From: an uncultured Lentisphaerales bacterium
Lineage (GTDB): Bacteria > Verrucomicrobiota > Lentisphaeria > JABSQK01 > UBA12247
Direction: 5' to 3'
Length of the DNA: 64,000 bases
Assembly: GCA_943788985.1 (NCBI GenBank)
Contig: CALSSJ010000010.1
Coordinates: forward strand, 32,001-96,000
In this document: piece by piece, positions 43,228 to 53,371 of the stretch
Position numbering within the stretch: the stretch's first letter is position 1
Layout of the letters: each line of letters starts with the position of its first letter
Position numbers and translations under genes: made by a program
Notes under the pieces: model-generated
The model's input: the letters and a program-made list of their open reading frames with translations, nothing else
What the model was told of the DNA's origin: nothing
The model's database searches: none

Positions 43228-44067
43228 ATGGTGAAGACGTGTTTAATTCTGAGTCTGCTGATTGCTCCGCTGACCGGGTTCGGCGACATAAGTGGTCTCC
43301 TAGCAGACTTGCGCTCGAACGAGCCGGCCAAAACTCGCGTGGCTCTGCTGAAACTCAAGCGACTTTCGGTGGTGGCTGAGAGCCGCAAGGAAGTGTCCGC
43401 AGTATTGGTGCGCCTCCTAACGGAAGGCGATCCTATGATCCAACGCGGCGCAGCGGATGCCCTCGGTGCTTGGCAAACCGCCGCCGCCGTCACACCGCTC
43501 TGCGAATTTGCGAAGTCCGCAAAGACGCATGCCCGCGGGGCCGCACTCTCAGCGCTTGCCAGGAACGGGACGGAGCTCGCGTTGGAATGCTTGGTGACCG
43601 AGCTGAAAGCGTCGTGCGATTCCCATGCAATCCAAGCGCTACACCAGCTATCACCAGAGCAGCAAAGCGCCGTTGTTGAGCAGCTCATACCAGTCCTGGA
43701 TGCAGCGGCACAGTCCCGCCTGACTAGGGCGCTCGACAGAGGAAAGCGCACCGCGAGCGCGCAAGTCACGATTCGGACGAAGCCGGACCTGGCAGAATTA
43801 CGGGCGCTGGCTGAACAGATTGACCTCGACCCGCTTGCGGTGTTGCATGCCTTGCGGGCCGCGGGACTGGCAGGGGAAGCGGAGGCAATTCGTTTGCTCC
43901 AAGAGGGGCACTACGACATTGCCTGCCAGGCCCTTGCGGACATCGGCACGGCCGCTGCACTTCCACATCTCGCTACCCTCGCCAAAAGTGACAAGGCAGT
44001 GGTGCGCCGCATGGCCCAAACTGCTACGGCCGGCATTCAGAAACGGGCCGCTGCCAGCAACGATTAA
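43228..44067 (+). CDS. Secreted HEAT-repeat protein
   Basis: Signal peptide; GAADALG, ACQALADIGTAAALPHL HEAT-like units. Confidence 0.7.
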   Translation: MVKTCLILSLLIAPLTGFGDISGLLADLRSNEPAKTRVALLKLKRLSVVAESRKEVSAVLVRLLTEGDPMIQRGAADALGAWQTAAAVTPLCEFAKSAKTHARGAALSALARNGTELALECLVTELKASCDSHAIQALHQLSPEQQSAVVEQLIPVLDAAAQSRLTRALDRGKRTASAQVTIRTKPDLAELRALAEQIDLDPLAVLHALRAAGLAGEAEAIRLLQEGHYDIACQALADIGTAAALPHLATLAKSDKAVVRRMAQTATAGIQKRAAASND

Positions 44068-44076
44068 TACCACCTA

Positions 44077-44769
44077 ATGCGGATGTGTATCTTATTTCTC
44101 GCTGGAACCGGGCTGGCAGCATGCCTGTACTACGCGATCCGCGCGCTCCGAATGAGAAGGCTGATGACCGGAACCCCGACCACGAAGATTGAGGATATCA
44201 CTGGGGGGCTCACAGAGCTTTCAGGCCGGGTCCCAGATAACGCGGACATCCTAGAAGCCCCGATTAGCGGCCAAGAATGCGCATACTACCGCATTAAGAT
44301 CGAACAATATCGATCCCAGAAAGATTCTGGCGGCTGGCACCAAGTCCTGGAAGCTAGCGCGCCGGACTGGATGACTATCGATGACGGGACCGGTATTGCC
44401 GCCATCTGCCTAGCAGACGCGACCTTCGAGTTGGGACGTGATATTCGCAGCGAGAGTGGTGGGTACAGCGGAGCTCCCGAGAAGATCCGAGAGCGCCTCT
44501 CCAGCAAGTATGGCTTCGACACCAAGGGCTGGGTCTTCAATAAGCGTCTCCGGTATACTGAATTTCGGCTCTCGTCAGGCGATATGCTCTACGCGATTGG
44601 GGAAGCCACTGCAGGCGAGCCACCGACGTTGAAGGCAGGGCCCAAGGGCTTGCTGCTCTCCGACAGGCCGGAGGCCATCCTGGCCGCGGAGTTACAGTTT
44701 CGTTTCGTTGGCTTTGCCGCCGGTGCCATTGGCAGCCTCATTGTGCTGATTTTGGCATTGTCCAAGTAG
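44077..44769 (+). CDS. GIDE-domain membrane protein
   Basis: TM, then TPTTKI..GLTELSGRV..APISGQECAYY..DDGTG..GDMLYAIG, then TM. Confidence 0.75.
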   Translation: MRMCILFLAGTGLAACLYYAIRALRMRRLMTGTPTTKIEDITGGLTELSGRVPDNADILEAPISGQECAYYRIKIEQYRSQKDSGGWHQVLEASAPDWMTIDDGTGIAAICLADATFELGRDIRSESGGYSGAPEKIRERLSSKYGFDTKGWVFNKRLRYTEFRLSSGDMLYAIGEATAGEPPTLKAGPKGLLLSDRPEAILAAELQFRFVGFAAGAIGSLIVLILALSK

Positions 44770-44777
44770 GCAATCCG

Positions 44778-47700
44778 ATGGAAATGCCTCAAGTCTCGCT
44801 GCCTGAACAGCTGGAGCTGTACCGCGTGGCCCGGCGCCGCCGGGACCTAGTGCAACAGGCGGCGCGCTTGTTGCTGATGGCAGGCAGTGGTTTGCTCCTC
44901 TTCTGCGCCTTCGACTACTGGCTCCAACCGAGTTGGGTGGTGCGCTTCGCCTTGGCTGCGGTCTGGTACACCGCAGTCGGCATCAAGGCCGTCCGGCTCT
45001 TGCGGCGCTATGCGATACGCGCGTCGGACCTTGACATGGCCTGGGAGCTTGAAGCACGATTACCGCTGGGCGAGTGCCTCATTTCCGCGGTCGAGTTCTA
45101 TCAGTCACCACAGCTGGGCACCTCGCCGGAGATGCTGGATTGGACGCAGCTGGACGCGCAGGTAGAGCTGAGCCAAGCCACCCCCGAAGAACTCTTTCCA
45201 GTGCAACGGGCCTGGCCGGTCTGTGGCGGGATCCTCATCGCGATCTTGTTGATTGGCTGCTTGTTGCTGCCGGATGGCATCGGCCGCTCAGCCCGCCGCC
45301 TGCTGGTACCTACGCCCCATGATGCCACGGCCGGTAGCTTCAGCCTGGGCATCATTTCTCCCGGAACCGGCAATGTGCTAGAGGGGAAAACCGTAGCCGT
45401 ACGAATGCACTGCGAGGAATCGTCGCTGACGAACGTCTACCTCGTCGCCGACAATGAGTATGCCCAACACCGGATCCGAGCCGAGCTTGAGCCCACCACG
45501 GGGCACTATCTGGCAGAACTGCGCGCAGTGCGAGAAGACACGCTGTATTGGGCAGCTGCCGGGCGCGTCCGTTCGCGCGCTTACCAGCTAACTGTCCTGG
45601 CAAAGCCACGCCTGCGCGCGCTCAACTATCGCATTGTGCCGCCGGACTATCTCGACGCCGCGATCGTCGAAGGCGAGGATCTGAATGGCCAGATCGAGGG
45701 CCTGATCGGGGCTACCGTGGAGCTGAACATCGAGCTATCCTCGCCCATCACCTGGCTGCAAATCAAGCGGGGCACCGAGACCATCCGGGCCATCATAGAC
45801 GGATCGCGCGCCTCGCTGCGCTTCCACTTACGTCGCACCGAGCACTTCACGATTGAGTATGCGGACGACTCCAGCGGCCATGCCGGCCAGTTTAGTGGGC
45901 TGATTCGCGGGGTGGAGGACGAGCCACCATGGGTACAGTTTCTGACCCCGGCGGGAGACATTTATTGCGAACCGGGCGACACGGTGCCCCTTTCCTGGCG
46001 CGACTGGGACGATCATGGCCTAGAATCCGTGGCCTTGCAGATCAGCAAGAACGGCGAGCCGCTTCCGGACCGGGTGCAGGACTTGAGCGCCTCTACCGCG
46101 CAGCTCGAGCTCGACCGCCTTGGCGCACGGAGCGGCGACCGCATCGACCTGCGCCTGCTGGTCCGCGACAAAGCCGGCCGCCAAGCCACAAGCAAGACCC
46201 GCAGTTTGCATGTTTCGCGCGCCACCTTTCTGCGAGACCTACCGGCCTTCGAATCGCTGATGACGCAGCTTGCTAAGTCCGCAACGACTCTGCACGAGCA
46301 ACTCAAGGCGCTCAAGACCAGCACCGACTTAATGCGGTCCATGTCGGTCTCTGTGGGGGATGAAGCGCACCATCGCCACACCGCGGCCACTCTGCGCGAA
46401 AGCGTGGAGAACGAGCTGAGCACTGCGCTGGACCGAATCGCAGCAGGGAAGCGGATGCATCTTTTTCCGGGAAGCAGGCTGGGGCTCGCGCAGCTCGACG
46501 CCGCCCTGTCGGACATCTACCTCTTCAGCCTGGCTGGCAGCACGACAGCGTTGAACAGCGACCACCTACAGCAGGCGATCGACTCAGTCGCGCTGATCTC
46601 TCCGGTGCTCAGCGACCTCCGCGAACGCCTGCAGCAGCACAAGCGCCTGTGGACACGCGATACGCTCTATCGTCGCCTCCAGCAAGACCCGAGTCCGCAG
46701 CTGCTGATCCTGGCCGCAGCGGAGCTTGCCTCGAAAGCTAAGCCAGCGGAGATCATGCCGCAGCTTGCCGCGGCAATTGCGGAGTCCGCAGCAGCGCTAG
46801 CGAAGATTGGGAGCCTGTTGCGCAGCTGCGAGGCACTGGCCCAAAGCCACCCGCTCCCTGGGGCGCGCTTCAAAGCGCTCGCCAGTCCCGAACTGACCGA
46901 TGCGGAGCGGCTGCAACTTCTCGGCCAAGTGATCCGCCGGCTCAAATCACGCACCTTTCCCGACGCAGAGGAGGACACGACGCGGTACCTCGTGATTCGC
47001 GCACTTGAGGACGCGGCCAGCCACCAACGAATCGGCAGCATTGAGCTGCTCGCGCGCACCGTTCACCTGCTCCAATCGGGAATTGATGCCCACGCACTGA
47101 GGACTGATTGGGAACAACGACACCACAATCACCTAGATGAGCAACTCTATGCCCTCCAAATACTCCACCACGCCCCCCTCCAGTCGCAGCCCCTCTCAAA
47201 AGTGCCTGCGGCCGAGAGGCTCACGTCCGAGATTCGGATTGCCCTCAAGCGACGCAACCCAGAGTACAAAAAGCTTGCCCCAGCGTTTCATGCGCTGATG
47301 CGCGAGACTGAAACGGCCGTAGCTCGCGCCAGAACGCAACTAGCGCAATACTCTGAGCCTGCTTCGCAGAGCCTGCGCTTTGCAGCGGACCAATTGCTGG
47401 CGGCACTGGCTGGGCTCGAGCAGGACCGGGCGGACGTGGTCGATCTGCACGCCATCCTGCTCGCGGAAACCGTCGCCGAATTGGAACGTCTGGCGCGAGA
47501 TGAAATCCGGGCCGCCGAGGGCTCCATTCTGGCGGCAGCGGACGCCACAGTCTTGGCCCGAGTGACCGCAGGCCATGTCGAGGAACTGAGAGAGCAGGGC
47601 AACTCTGCAGACATCTTGGAAGCCGTCGCCGACGCACTAACGCAGCTTGCGGAGTTCGCAGAACTCTTTGAGGCAGCACTGGCTGGAGAGATCAAGCCTG

Positions 47701-49547
47701 CTGAGGCAGTTGCGAACTCTGCAGCTTTGCAACAGGCCTACGCGCTGCTTCGTCCGGAGGAACTGTCCGTCCTAGCCCCTTTGCGCCGTGAGCGCCGGGG
47801 GCTGGACGCGTTGCGCGACGCGGATCAGTCGGATTCCGCCGATGACCTTCAACGCCGTGGCGCCCGGCTGGCCTCACTCCTCGGCAGCAAAGGCAGCCGA
47901 GAGCTCCGCTCACGCGTCGAGCTGGGCTTGGCCACAGCGCAGAAAGCGGTGCTGAGTTGGCTCCTAGAGTCTGCCCAGCACGGGCATGTCCCGGCGCCGC
48001 TGGACCGCGAACTAGCCCGTGCTTGCCATGACGTCACCGCGCTCCTCCACGCATTCGCGGTCTTCAGTGATGTTGAGCTGGGGCTCCGGGCCGAACTGGC
48101 CCTCGCCGATGGCGAAGACGAGGTGTTTCAGCTGCTCGAAGCGCTGAGCGACGTGCTCGACGCGCTCCCCGCGCGGAAGCTTGAGCCCGTGGCCTATGCT
48201 TCGTCTCCACCGGACGAGGATGCGCTCTGGGCGGCACTCGCGTTTAACGATCGCGAGACAGTACTCGCGATCCTGGCAGGCCAGCCGACACAGATTGCGG
48301 AGTTCGCAACGCTCGGATTGCGCCATGGCCAAATGGCTGGTGTTACCATCGACGAGCTGGATGTGCGCCAGGGACCGCACGGCTTTCTCTCTGAGCTGCC
48401 GCTGGTGCCTACTCCGGGCGTGCCGCTGGTAGACCTCCAACTGCCGAGCCTGCAGCGCCTCGCGATCGCCCGTGAGGCCGCCACCGGGGGCAACGTGATT
48501 CAGTTGCAGACTTCGCTAGCGCGCAATGACTGGCGCCGCATATCCCGCATGTCACTAGGCTCGAGCGCCGCGTACTTGGACTTTGGGGCGAAGCTCTGGC
48601 AGGTGGCCACCGAGGCTGGCCGGACCGCGGTGCAGGTCATCCCGGCCGAAGAAGATGCGGAGTTCGCACAAGCGCAGGCTCCAAGCATGCTGAACCGGTG
48701 GGAGTTTCTGGCGCTGTGCATCGCGGAGCAGTTTGACCTCCCCCAGGCCGTGCAGGCTGTTCGCTACGGCGAACCCGAGCGCGCCATCGCCGCGTTTGCG
48801 GAGTTCGCAAAACTGCGCCCCAGCACCGCCGAGCTTTCGCTGCTTGCAGGCCGGCTGCTATGCGTCCCCGTTCCTTGGCGAGGACCACCGGAGGGGAGTG
48901 TCGAAGCCTGGCTGATGGCTACGATGTGGGATCGGGATCCGGTGCAGCAATTGCTGCGCTGGGAGGTACTGGAAGCGCTGGCCACCGGCCACGATGACCG
49001 TGCGCGGGTCCACCTGCTGGCGTATGACCGGCTCGAAACCCACCCGCAGACCCATGTCCTGTTGGCGACCCTGCCGCCTCCGGCCTTACGCCCCGAGCGC
49101 AGGCCAGAGGTCGGCCTGGCCGAGCACACCTGGGCCCCCGGATGTCCGTGGCAGCCGCATCAGGCGTTGCTGAGTGGCGAGGCCGAGCTGGTGGATGCGA
49201 TCGTCCAGCTCTGGCGCGCCGCCTACTACGCTCAATTGCCGGAGTCGGCAGCCTACCTGCGGCTCCCGGATCAGGACCAGCTCCTCGGGCAGGCACGCGA
49301 TCTGTTGGGGATCGCCGAGCAGCGGTTTGTGATGCACGCCTTCGATGCAGCCCGCCCGCTGATGTTGGCGCCGACCGGTGCCACAGATGGCTTCACAGAC
49401 CCGTTTCAATCCGCCACAACCGGCCCCGATCAGGACGACTCGCTGTTCCACAGTTTCGAACGTGCGAACTCCGCAGCAGCATTCTCGCTGCACTTTCGCC
49501 GGGCCAATCGACGCTACCTGGAGCGGTTAACGCATCTTCTGGATTGA
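44778..49547 (+). CDS. Large membrane-anchored protein (DUF4175-like: TMs, Ig-like domains, long helical tail)
   Basis: N-terminal TMs, LISAVEF, PPDY, DEPP..DDHGL motifs; 1589 aa. Confidence 0.7.
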   Translation: MEMPQVSLPEQLELYRVARRRRDLVQQAARLLLMAGSGLLLFCAFDYWLQPSWVVRFALAAVWYTAVGIKAVRLLRRYAIRASDLDMAWELEARLPLGECLISAVEFYQSPQLGTSPEMLDWTQLDAQVELSQATPEELFPVQRAWPVCGGILIAILLIGCLLLPDGIGRSARRLLVPTPHDATAGSFSLGIISPGTGNVLEGKTVAVRMHCEESSLTNVYLVADNEYAQHRIRAELEPTTGHYLAELRAVREDTLYWAAAGRVRSRAYQLTVLAKPRLRALNYRIVPPDYLDAAIVEGEDLNGQIEGLIGATVELNIELSSPITWLQIKRGTETIRAIIDGSRASLRFHLRRTEHFTIEYADDSSGHAGQFSGLIRGVEDEPPWVQFLTPAGDIYCEPGDTVPLSWRDWDDHGLESVALQISKNGEPLPDRVQDLSASTAQLELDRLGARSGDRIDLRLLVRDKAGRQATSKTRSLHVSRATFLRDLPAFESLMTQLAKSATTLHEQLKALKTSTDLMRSMSVSVGDEAHHRHTAATLRESVENELSTALDRIAAGKRMHLFPGSRLGLAQLDAALSDIYLFSLAGSTTALNSDHLQQAIDSVALISPVLSDLRERLQQHKRLWTRDTLYRRLQQDPSPQLLILAAAELASKAKPAEIMPQLAAAIAESAAALAKIGSLLRSCEALAQSHPLPGARFKALASPELTDAERLQLLGQVIRRLKSRTFPDAEEDTTRYLVIRALEDAASHQRIGSIELLARTVHLLQSGIDAHALRTDWEQRHHNHLDEQLYALQILHHAPLQSQPLSKVPAAERLTSEIRIALKRRNPEYKKLAPAFHALMRETETAVARARTQLAQYSEPASQSLRFAADQLLAALAGLEQDRADVVDLHAILLAETVAELERLARDEIRAAEGSILAAADATVLARVTAGHVEELREQGNSADILEAVADALTQLAEFAELFEAALAGEIKPAEAVANSAALQQAYALLRPEELSVLAPLRRERRGLDALRDADQSDSADDLQRRGARLASLLGSKGSRELRSRVELGLATAQKAVLSWLLESAQHGHVPAPLDRELARACHDVTALLHAFAVFSDVELGLRAELALADGEDEVFQLLEALSDVLDALPARKLEPVAYASSPPDEDALWAALAFNDRETVLAILAGQPTQIAEFATLGLRHGQMAGVTIDELDVRQGPHGFLSELPLVPTPGVPLVDLQLPSLQRLAIAREAATGGNVIQLQTSLARNDWRRISRMSLGSSAAYLDFGAKLWQVATEAGRTAVQVIPAEEDAEFAQAQAPSMLNRWEFLALCIAEQFDLPQAVQAVRYGEPERAIAAFAEFAKLRPSTAELSLLAGRLLCVPVPWRGPPEGSVEAWLMATMWDRDPVQQLLRWEVLEALATGHDDRARVHLLAYDRLETHPQTHVLLATLPPPALRPERRPEVGLAEHTWAPGCPWQPHQALLSGEAELVDAIVQLWRAAYYAQLPESAAYLRLPDQDQLLGQARDLLGIAEQRFVMHAFDAARPLMLAPTGATDGFTDPFQSATTGPDQDDSLFHSFERANSAAAFSLHFRRANRRYLERLTHLLD

Positions 49548-49632
49548 AGGAGGCAAGAATATCCGCCTGCCTTCCGGGGGCAACAGTCGTTAGATTGTAT
49601 TGTTATTTGTCGCCGCATCAATAGGTTGCGGC

Positions 49633-50703
49633 ATGACCATTGCGTACGTAATTACTGAACTGCACGAGGGCGGCGCTGAGAATGCGCTGTGGCAGCTGTG
49701 TCGCCAGCTCGTCTCGCGTCACTCGCTCGCGATCTGCTGCTTGCACGGGGCCGACGGCCCCGTGGCGGCGCGTGTGCGCGAGCTGGGAATCCCCGTAGAC
49801 GAGGTCGGAATTTCATCTGCACGCGACCTGGCGGGCATCGGCCGGCTTCGCGAGTGGTTGCGGAGTTCGCAAGCCGATGTGATTCATAGCTGGCTGTTTC
49901 ATGCGAACTTCGCGACGCGCCTGGCCAATCCGGGGCCCACGCCGCTGGTTTGCGGACTCCGCGTCAACGAGCCGCGGCGTTCGCATGTGCTGCCGGACCG
50001 TTGGACGCGAGGCAAGGTCACCCGCTATGCCTGTGTGTCGCAGCAGGTGAAGGCCTTTGCGGTAGATGAGTTGCGGGCGGACCCAGCGCGCTGCACGGTG
50101 ATCGAGAATGGTGTGGACTTTGGGGCATTCGAGAGCGCACGCACGGGCAAGCGGCCGAGCGATTGCGTGCTGGGCCTAACGGTCGCGCGCATTGCCCGCC
50201 AGAAGGCGCATCACCGACTGCTCCGCGGGCTGGCGACGCTCCCGCCCACGCTGGACTGGAGTTGGCGCTTTGTGGGCGCTGTGGCAGAGCCAGACTACCA
50301 GGCCGAGCTTACCGCGCTGGCGAGCGAGCTCGGCATTCACGAGCGCATTGAGTGGGTGGGCCCGGTGACGAAGCAGCAGGTGTTTGCGGAGTACGCAAAC
50401 GCCACGGCGTTTGCCCTGGCCAGTTCGTGGGAAGGCCAGCCGAATGTGGTGCTGGAAGCGATGGCTGCAGGCTTGCCGGTGATCTGCACCCGCACCGATG
50501 GGATTCCGCAGTTGCTGGATGCGGTCCCTGGCTGCGTGCGAGCAGTGCAGGGCGAGCCGAACGATTGGTCCGTGATACCGGAATTAGTGGCAGACCAAGC
50601 CTTGATCGCCGCGGGACTGCAAGCGGCGCAAGCGCGCGGCTGGGAGGATGTGGCACGGCAATACGAGAGTCTGTATCAGGAGGTGGCGCCATGTGCGGGA
50701 TAG
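49633..50703 (+). CDS. GT4 glycosyltransferase
   Basis: GGAE, IENGVD, ARQKAH, EGQPNVVLEAMAAGLPV. Confidence 0.92.
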   Translation: MTIAYVITELHEGGAENALWQLCRQLVSRHSLAICCLHGADGPVAARVRELGIPVDEVGISSARDLAGIGRLREWLRSSQADVIHSWLFHANFATRLANPGPTPLVCGLRVNEPRRSHVLPDRWTRGKVTRYACVSQQVKAFAVDELRADPARCTVIENGVDFGAFESARTGKRPSDCVLGLTVARIARQKAHHRLLRGLATLPPTLDWSWRFVGAVAEPDYQAELTALASELGIHERIEWVGPVTKQQVFAEYANATAFALASSWEGQPNVVLEAMAAGLPVICTRTDGIPQLLDAVPGCVRAVQGEPNDWSVIPELVADQALIAAGLQAAQARGWEDVARQYESLYQEVAPCAG

Positions 50704-52568
50704 CAGGCCTAATCGACCCCAATACGCCGCCGGATGAGGCGACGCTGGCGCGGATGGCCGAGACGATGGTGACGCGGGGTCCCGATGCGGTCGGCTATTG
50801 GACGCATCACGCCGCCGGACTTGCGCATCGACGCTTGTCGATTATCGACCTGAGCGAGGCTGGGCGCCAGCCGTTGTTCAACGAGGACCGAAGCCTGGCC
50901 TTGGTCGCCAATGGCGAGATTTACGGGCATTGCGAACTCCGCAAAGACTTGGAGGCGCGCGGCCATCGGTTCGCGTCAGGAAGCGATAGCGAGTGCCTGT
51001 TGCACCTCTATGAGGAGTACGGCGAGAAAATGGTGGAACGCCTGAATGGGATGTTCGCTTTTGCGATCGTGGAGGTGCAGACCGGACGGCTGTTTCTGGC
51101 GCGAGACCGGCTGGGCCAGAAGCCACTCTTTTACGCGGTGAAGGGCGATCGCATTGCCTTTGCCAGCGGCCCACGGGCACTGGCGACGCTGCCGTGGGTG
51201 GATCGCACCTTGGATCCGCAGGCCATCTACGACTACCTGGAGATGCAGTATGTCCCGGGCCCAAGGACCATTTATTGCGGAGTTCGCAAACTGCTGCCGG
51301 GGCATTCGGCGCTGTGGCAGGGGCAAGAGCTGACGCTGCGCAGCTACTGGGATCCGGGTGCTGCGCGGGCGCCGTTTCAGGGCAGCTTCGCCGATGGCAA
51401 GGCTGCGTTGCGCGAGACGATGGGCCGGGCTGTCGAACGACGCATGGTGGCGGATGTTCCGCTGGGAATGTTCCTGAGCGGCGGCGTGGATTCGAGCGTG
51501 ATCTGCGCGCTGGGCCAAGAAGCCTCGGTGCGGCCGGTGCAGACCTTCTCGCTTGGGTTCCCCGAGCGCAAGTATGATGAGCGCGAGTACGCGGCGCAGG
51601 TGGCGCAACATCTTGGGACCGACCATCATTTTCTGGAGGTGTCGCCGGATGATTTCTCGCGACTCCCTACGATCTGCGCAGACTTTGAGGAGCCGTTCGC
51701 CGATGCCAGCATGCTGCCCACCTGGCTGCTGAGCCAGTTTACGCGCCAACACGTGACCGTGGCGCTAAGCGGTGACGCGGCTGATGAATTGTTTGCCGGG
51801 TACTATCGCTACGCGGTAATGAAGATGGCGCAGAACTTCAATCTGGTCCCGGGCTCGCTGCGCGGGCCGCTGACCGCTGCGGGACTCGCAATCCTGCCGC
51901 CTAAGCGAGAGGAGCGCACGTTCTTTGGCCGGCTGCGCCGGATTGTGGAGATCGCGGGCCCGACGGATGCGGCGCGCTACTTGCAGTTGATCTCGCGGTT
52001 TCGCGATGCGCAAAAGGGTGCAATTCTGGGTGCAAACTTCGCGGATGCGGGCCTGCGGCCTACGGGCGAGTGGCTGGGCAGCAGCTGGAATGGTGCGGAT
52101 GGCGATGGCCTGGCCGCGATGGCGCTCGATATGCACACGTACTTACCAAATGACATTCTGGTAAAGGTGGACCGGGCCTCAATGGCCCATGGGCTGGAGG
52201 TACGCAGCCCGTTTCTGGATCCAGAAGTGGTCGAACTGGCGCTGTCGATGCCGTTCGACTGGAAACTGAACGGGCGCACGCGCAAGCACATCTTGGTGGA
52301 GTCGTTTCGGGATAAGCTGCCCGCGGCAATCTTTGCGCGGGGCAAGATGGGCTTTGGTGTGCCGGTGGCGCGCTGGTTCCGCGGCGCCTGGGAAAAACCG
52401 CTCCGCGATCATTTACTGGGCGGCCAGTTGATTCGTGAGGGCTGGCTGGATGAGGCAGGCGTGCAGGCGCTCATTGACCAGCATGTCGGGATGAAGGCGG
52501 ATACGAGCTATTCGCTGTTCGCGCTGCTGATGCTGGAGCTGTGGCTCGCAGGCTCTGAGGCGGTTTAG
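50691..52568 (+). CDS. asnB: Asparagine synthase-like glutamine amidotransferase
   Basis: MCGIAG, RGPD, HRRLSIID, NGEIY, LSGGVDSS, KVDRASM..LEVRSPFLD. Confidence 0.95.
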   Translation: MCGIAGLIDPNTPPDEATLARMAETMVTRGPDAVGYWTHHAAGLAHRRLSIIDLSEAGRQPLFNEDRSLALVANGEIYGHCELRKDLEARGHRFASGSDSECLLHLYEEYGEKMVERLNGMFAFAIVEVQTGRLFLARDRLGQKPLFYAVKGDRIAFASGPRALATLPWVDRTLDPQAIYDYLEMQYVPGPRTIYCGVRKLLPGHSALWQGQELTLRSYWDPGAARAPFQGSFADGKAALRETMGRAVERRMVADVPLGMFLSGGVDSSVICALGQEASVRPVQTFSLGFPERKYDEREYAAQVAQHLGTDHHFLEVSPDDFSRLPTICADFEEPFADASMLPTWLLSQFTRQHVTVALSGDAADELFAGYYRYAVMKMAQNFNLVPGSLRGPLTAAGLAILPPKREERTFFGRLRRIVEIAGPTDAARYLQLISRFRDAQKGAILGANFADAGLRPTGEWLGSSWNGADGDGLAAMALDMHTYLPNDILVKVDRASMAHGLEVRSPFLDPEVVELALSMPFDWKLNGRTRKHILVESFRDKLPAAIFARGKMGFGVPVARWFRGAWEKPLRDHLLGGQLIREGWLDEAGVQALIDQHVGMKADTSYSLFALLMLELWLAGSEAV

Positions 52569-52676
52569 CGGGCCGGTTACAGGCTCACGCGAGCTCAAGC
52601 CACGTTGGGGCTGAGAAAATTCGGACTAATAAGTCCAACCTACATCAAGCGGGGACAATGGTCAGCGATGGGCTAA

Positions 52677-53009
52677 CTACCGAGACTCGAGCCAAGATTT
52701 GAGTTGGGCGAGTTCAGCCTCCGTGAGGACGGAGGCCTGGTAGGCTTCTTTGGATAGGCCAAGCTTCTCGAGGTACTTTTCCTTGTACTTGCCAGGTGGC
52801 ATGTATTCGTCTTCGACGACTTCGACAAGGACGTCTTCGAGGTCGGCAAGTATGGACTCTAGGTCCGGATAGGCGACTTCTGCGGTCTTGCTCTCGCCAT
52901 GCTGGCCGTGGCAGGGGAAGCAGCCCTTCCTGATGATCCGCTCGATCTCCACCTCAGCGGCGCACACCCAAAGGGTGGCGAACAAGAAGACGAGAAAAAT
53001 CCGGGTCAT
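52677..53009 (-). CDS. Small secreted c-type cytochrome
   Basis: Signal peptide, CFPCH, MPP, LTEAELAQLKSW. Confidence 0.75.
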   Translation of the reverse strand: MTRIFLVFLFATLWVCAAEVEIERIIRKGCFPCHGQHGESKTAEVAYPDLESILADLEDVLVEVVEDEYMPPGKYKEKYLEKLGLSKEAYQASVLTEAELAQLKSWLESR

Positions 53010-53035
53010 CACAACCTCGCAGGGGGAGAGTGGTG

Positions 53036-53108
53036 TGGCAAGGGTCGGAGTCGAACCGACGACACAGGGATTTTCAGTCCCCTGCTCTACCAACTGAGCT
53101 ACCCCGCC
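53036..53108 (-). tRNA. tRNA-Phe(GAA)
   Basis: GGCGGGGTAGCTCAGTTGGTAGAGCAGGGGACTGAAAATCCCTGTGTCGTCGGTTCGACTCCGACCCTTGCCA folds as a cloverleaf. Confidence 0.95.
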
Positions 53109-53111
53109 ATG

Positions 53112-53188
53112 TGGTACACCCGGGAGGACTCGAACCTCCAACCTTCTGGTTCGTAGCCAGACACTCTATCCAATTGAGCTACGGGTGC
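53112..53188 (-). tRNA. tRNA-Arg(ACG)
   Basis: GCACCCGTAGCTCAATTGGATAGAG..CTACGAA..GGTTCGAGTCC..GTGTACCA. Confidence 0.96.
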
Positions 53189-53371
53189 ACAGTTGTGAGC
53201 CGCATACCTTAGGCGCGGTCCAAGATGGGTCAAACCGTTCTCTTTCACTCTCTCGAAAAATGTTGATCGCTGCCCTGCCGAAAGGGCGCCGGAATTCCAG
53301 CATTGCAGGGCCATCGCTGCCCGGTACTGTACGCGTTTGCCTTATTTCCCCTTATAACGTGTAGACCCGCA

